IMG/VR virus record: IMGVR_UViG_3300029923_000009
Origin: a virus
Lineage: Duplodnaviria; Heunggongvirae; Uroviricota; Caudoviricetes
Length of the DNA stretch: 64,000 bases
Direction: 5' to 3' (one strand)
Position numbers and translations under genes: made by a program. Shown piece by piece: positions 62,143 through 64,000 of the stretch; positions within the stretch are counted from its first letter, which is position 1; every line of letters starts with the position of its first letter. Under the pieces are notes generated by a model. It had not been told where the DNA came from. It searched no databases and saw only the letters and a list, made by a program, of their open reading frames with translations.

Positions 62143-63271
62143 AAATTTAATTTTTGAAGCTATTGTTGGTAGCGTTGCTTATGGTACAAATATTGAAACC
62201 AGTGATTTAGATAAAAAGGGTATTTTTTTATGCCCTATTGATAATTTATTATCATTTGGCTATACCGAGCAAATTAATGTAACTAAAGATGAAACGTACT
62301 ATGAGGTTCGTCGATTTTTAGAATTATGTTCTGTCGGAAATCCGACCTGTTTAGAATTGCTATTTTCTGATGATGAATATATTTTACATACATCACCTCA
62401 ATTTGAACTAATACGTGAAAATAGGGATGTGTTTGTAACAAAAAAATGCGCAAATGCCTTTACTTCATATGGTTACAGTCAGATTTCAAAGGCAAATTCG
62501 TTGGGTAAAAAATTAAATTACAATGAAAATGATTATAAATTAAAGACACCTTTAGATTTTATATATTTTTATAATAATGGTAAAACATATTCTTTTAAAG
62601 AATATTTGAACGACAATGGGCTATTACAAGAAAAATGTGGCTTAGTTCGATTGGATCATATGAAAGATTGTTATGCCGTTTATTATGATTACAATAATGA
62701 TGGTTATAGAGGAATAATTGGTGAAAATAGTAATGAGGTTAGATTGTCATCTATTAAAAAAGGAGAAACGCCATTTGTGATGATATATTATAATGTTGAA
62801 GCATATTCAAAGTTCATGAAGGAGTGGAAGGAGTATAATGAATGGTTAAAAAATAGGAACACCCAAAGATATGTTGATGTTAAAAAGCACGGACAAACTC
62901 TAAGTGGTTCATTTATAGATGGTAAGAACCTATTGCATTGTCGGAGGCTCATCGATGTGGGGGTTTCGATTGCCACTACAGGCACTTTTACCGTTAAACG
63001 CCCAAATGCCGACTATTTACTTTCAATCAAACGTGGTGAAGTTCCTTTAGATAAAATAATTGAAGATGCAGAACGCGATATCGCTGGTTTACAGGAATTG
63101 TATGATAAATCAAATTTACCAGAAAAAGTTGATCCACTATTTGTAAAAGAATTATTACTTAAGATTAGGAAAATGCCAATTGATGATATTAATATAATAT
63201 CAACCAAAAGCCTTCCATTTGATTCTAATAAAATAATTGATGAAATATTAAATGAAGAAATTAAACAATGA
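62135..63271 (+). CDS. Pol-beta-superfamily nucleotidyltransferase, RlaP/PF10127-like (378 aa)
   Basis: N-terminal IVGSVAYGTNIETSDLDKKGIF (GS-x9-SDxD NTase motif) followed by RFLELCSVGNPTCLELLFS, which resembles the second conserved block of the family; ATGA overlap. Confidence 0.65.
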   Translation: MIENLIFEAIVGSVAYGTNIETSDLDKKGIFLCPIDNLLSFGYTEQINVTKDETYYEVRRFLELCSVGNPTCLELLFSDDEYILHTSPQFELIRENRDVFVTKKCANAFTSYGYSQISKANSLGKKLNYNENDYKLKTPLDFIYFYNNGKTYSFKEYLNDNGLLQEKCGLVRLDHMKDCYAVYYDYNNDGYRGIIGENSNEVRLSSIKKGETPFVMIYYNVEAYSKFMKEWKEYNEWLKNRNTQRYVDVKKHGQTLSGSFIDGKNLLHCRRLIDVGVSIATTGTFTVKRPNADYLLSIKRGEVPLDKIIEDAERDIAGLQELYDKSNLPEKVDPLFVKELLLKIRKMPIDDINIISTKSLPFDSNKIIDEILNEEIKQ

Positions 63272-63516
63272 GTAGAAAAGATTTCACCTCTTTAACAATA
63301 GAAAACCACCCCGCATGTCCAAAATGCGGAAGTGATAAAACGAGTATTGTAATTGTAAAAATAACTGATTATATACATAGAAATCAAGGATATCCTCGTT
63401 GTAATGATTGCCATTACGAAGGTTTAATGGACTATACTAAAATATATTGGGCATGTTCAGAATATAAAGGGAATATCGTATTTAATAAAGAAGATATCGA
63501 AAAAATTGTTAAGTGA
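63268..63516 (+). CDS. zinc-ribbon protein (82 aa)
   Basis: CPKCGSD ... CNDCH; ATGA overlap with the NTase gene. Confidence 0.5.
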   Translation: MSRKDFTSLTIENHPACPKCGSDKTSIVIVKITDYIHRNQGYPRCNDCHYEGLMDYTKIYWACSEYKGNIVFNKEDIEKIVK

Positions 63517-63540
63517 TTTCCATTAATAAGTAAATTACAT

Positions 63541-63549
63541 TACTTTTGT
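63541..63549 (+). promoter_or_regulatory. -7 box TACTTTTGT
   Basis: 52 nt before ATG 63601. Confidence 0.4.
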
Positions 63550-63600
63550 ACCAGAATTAAATAAAATTAATATAAACTATAAATTAAAAAAAGAAAAAGA

Positions 63601-64000
63601 ATGGGAAAAATTATTGCAGCTATTGTATTGGGTATTTTGATTTTTGGTGGTGTTATTTATACCGCAATGTATTTTAATTATAACAACCAGGATGTATCAA
63701 TTCGAAAAGAAGCTGAAGCACAACGTGGAAAAGTGGAAATTGTTTATGATAATATGTGGAAAGTTATTCACCAGACGAATGAGGTTAAAAACAGTTATTC
63801 ATCTGATTTTAAAGAAACCGTTAAAGGTATTATGGAAGGCCGATATGCTAAAGGTGATGGTAGTTTGATGAAATTGGTTGTTGAGCAAAATCCAACGTTA
63901 TCACCTCAAATGTATACTCGCGTTATGGATGCCATAAATATCGAACGTCAAGGGTTTGTGACACAGCAGACGCGTATGTTGGATATTATTCGTCAGCATG
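63601..64000 (+). CDS. N-terminally membrane-anchored protein, partial (runs off the window end)
   Basis: ATG 63601, open to the window end in this frame, absent from the track; single N-terminal TM helix, then a hydrophilic domain; -7 box TACTTTTGT at 63541. Confidence 0.5.
   Translation, partial: MGKIIAAIVLGILIFGGVIYTAMYFNYNNQDVSIRKEAEAQRGKVEIVYDNMWKVIHQTNEVKNSYSSDFKETVKGIMEGRYAKGDGSLMKLVVEQNPTLSPQMYTRVMDAINIERQGFVTQQTRMLDIIRQH

Noticed and set aside
599-63207. All 35 minus-strand ORFs in the six-frame track (for example 1143-1331, 11307-11723, 27590-27859, 56780-57178, 60641-60847)
   Set aside because: Each overlaps a longer or promoter-supported + strand gene. Their translations are low-complexity Ile/Leu/Ser/Phe-rich, typical of the antisense of AT-rich coding DNA. 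None has an upstream TAnnTTTG box in the correct orientation.
63601-64000. Labelling the terminal partial ORF as LemA
   Set aside because: The architecture (N-terminal TM plus hydrophilic domain) fits, but the diagnostic LemA blocks (AW..Id.QLqRR.DLIPNLV) are not present. Only 'membrane-anchored protein' is reported.
1-64000. Search for tRNA, rRNA, CRISPR arrays, integrase/transposase genes and terminal repeats
   Set aside because: No GC-rich cloverleaf-like islands or regularly spaced direct repeats were found. No recombinase motifs (R..HxxR..Y or DDE) were seen by eye. Short AT-rich gaps are explained by promoters and terminators.

Overview
This window reads as one contiguous 64-kb segment of a large virulent bacteriophage genome, roughly 30% G+C by eye, whose host is almost certainly a Bacteroidetes bacterium. 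Every gene has its own or a shared promoter matching the Bacteroidetes sigma-A -7 element TAnnTTTG; there are no Shine-Dalgarno sequences. Genes very often start with MK or ME, and many are joined by ATGA or TAATG stop/start overlaps.

All credible genes are on the + strand, about 155 of them. The six-frame track includes GTG and TTG starts, so several starts were moved to the first ATG. Positions 1-35,900 form a hyperplastic early or 'moron' region. It holds dozens of 50-200 aa genes, most preceded by one extended early promoter (TTAACAAATTYCATTTY, about 20 nt, then TATCTTTGT) whose upstream box often contains the stop codon of the preceding gene. Rho-independent terminators separate many of these transcription units.

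From about 35,900 onward a second promoter type, GTACATTTGTA(TCGAATT), appears and the genes become larger. Recognisable products here include:
- a MORC/MutL-like GHKL ATPase
- a 2H (LigT/ThpR/Acb1-like) phosphoesterase
- a 710-aa protein of unknown function
- an Rnl2-type ATP-dependent RNA ligase, followed by a GNAT-like protein, an N-formylglutamate-amidohydrolase-family protein and a calcineurin-like metallophosphoesterase
- a second PPP-type phosphatase
- a P-loop NTPase
- a HAD phosphatase
- a membrane-anchored FlgJ-type glucosaminidase
- two repeat-containing PD-(D/E)xK (Vsr/DUF559-like) candidate homing endonucleases, one preceded by a small RHH protein
- a Pol-beta-superfamily (RlaP-like) nucleotidyltransferase with a zinc-ribbon partner

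Earlier in the window there are a lipoprotein with an SPFH (band-7) domain, a RelA/SpoT-like HD-domain protein with a degenerate HD motif, and a protein with a DUF262 (ParB-like, DGQQR) domain.

No rRNA, tRNA, CRISPR array, integrase or transposase was detected. The most notable non-coding signals are a recurrent TACTCA-NN-TGAGTA palindrome lying 18-27 nt upstream of several start codons, a perfect 28-bp palindrome upstream of the 710-aa gene, and a 270-nt structured gene-free gap at 43,920-44,189.

The most system-like candidate is the dispersed set of RNA/nucleotide end-processing enzymes: ligase, kinase-like P-loop protein, three phosphatases of different folds, 2H phosphoesterase and nucleotidyltransferase. 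These could form an RNA-repair or anti-defence toolkit.
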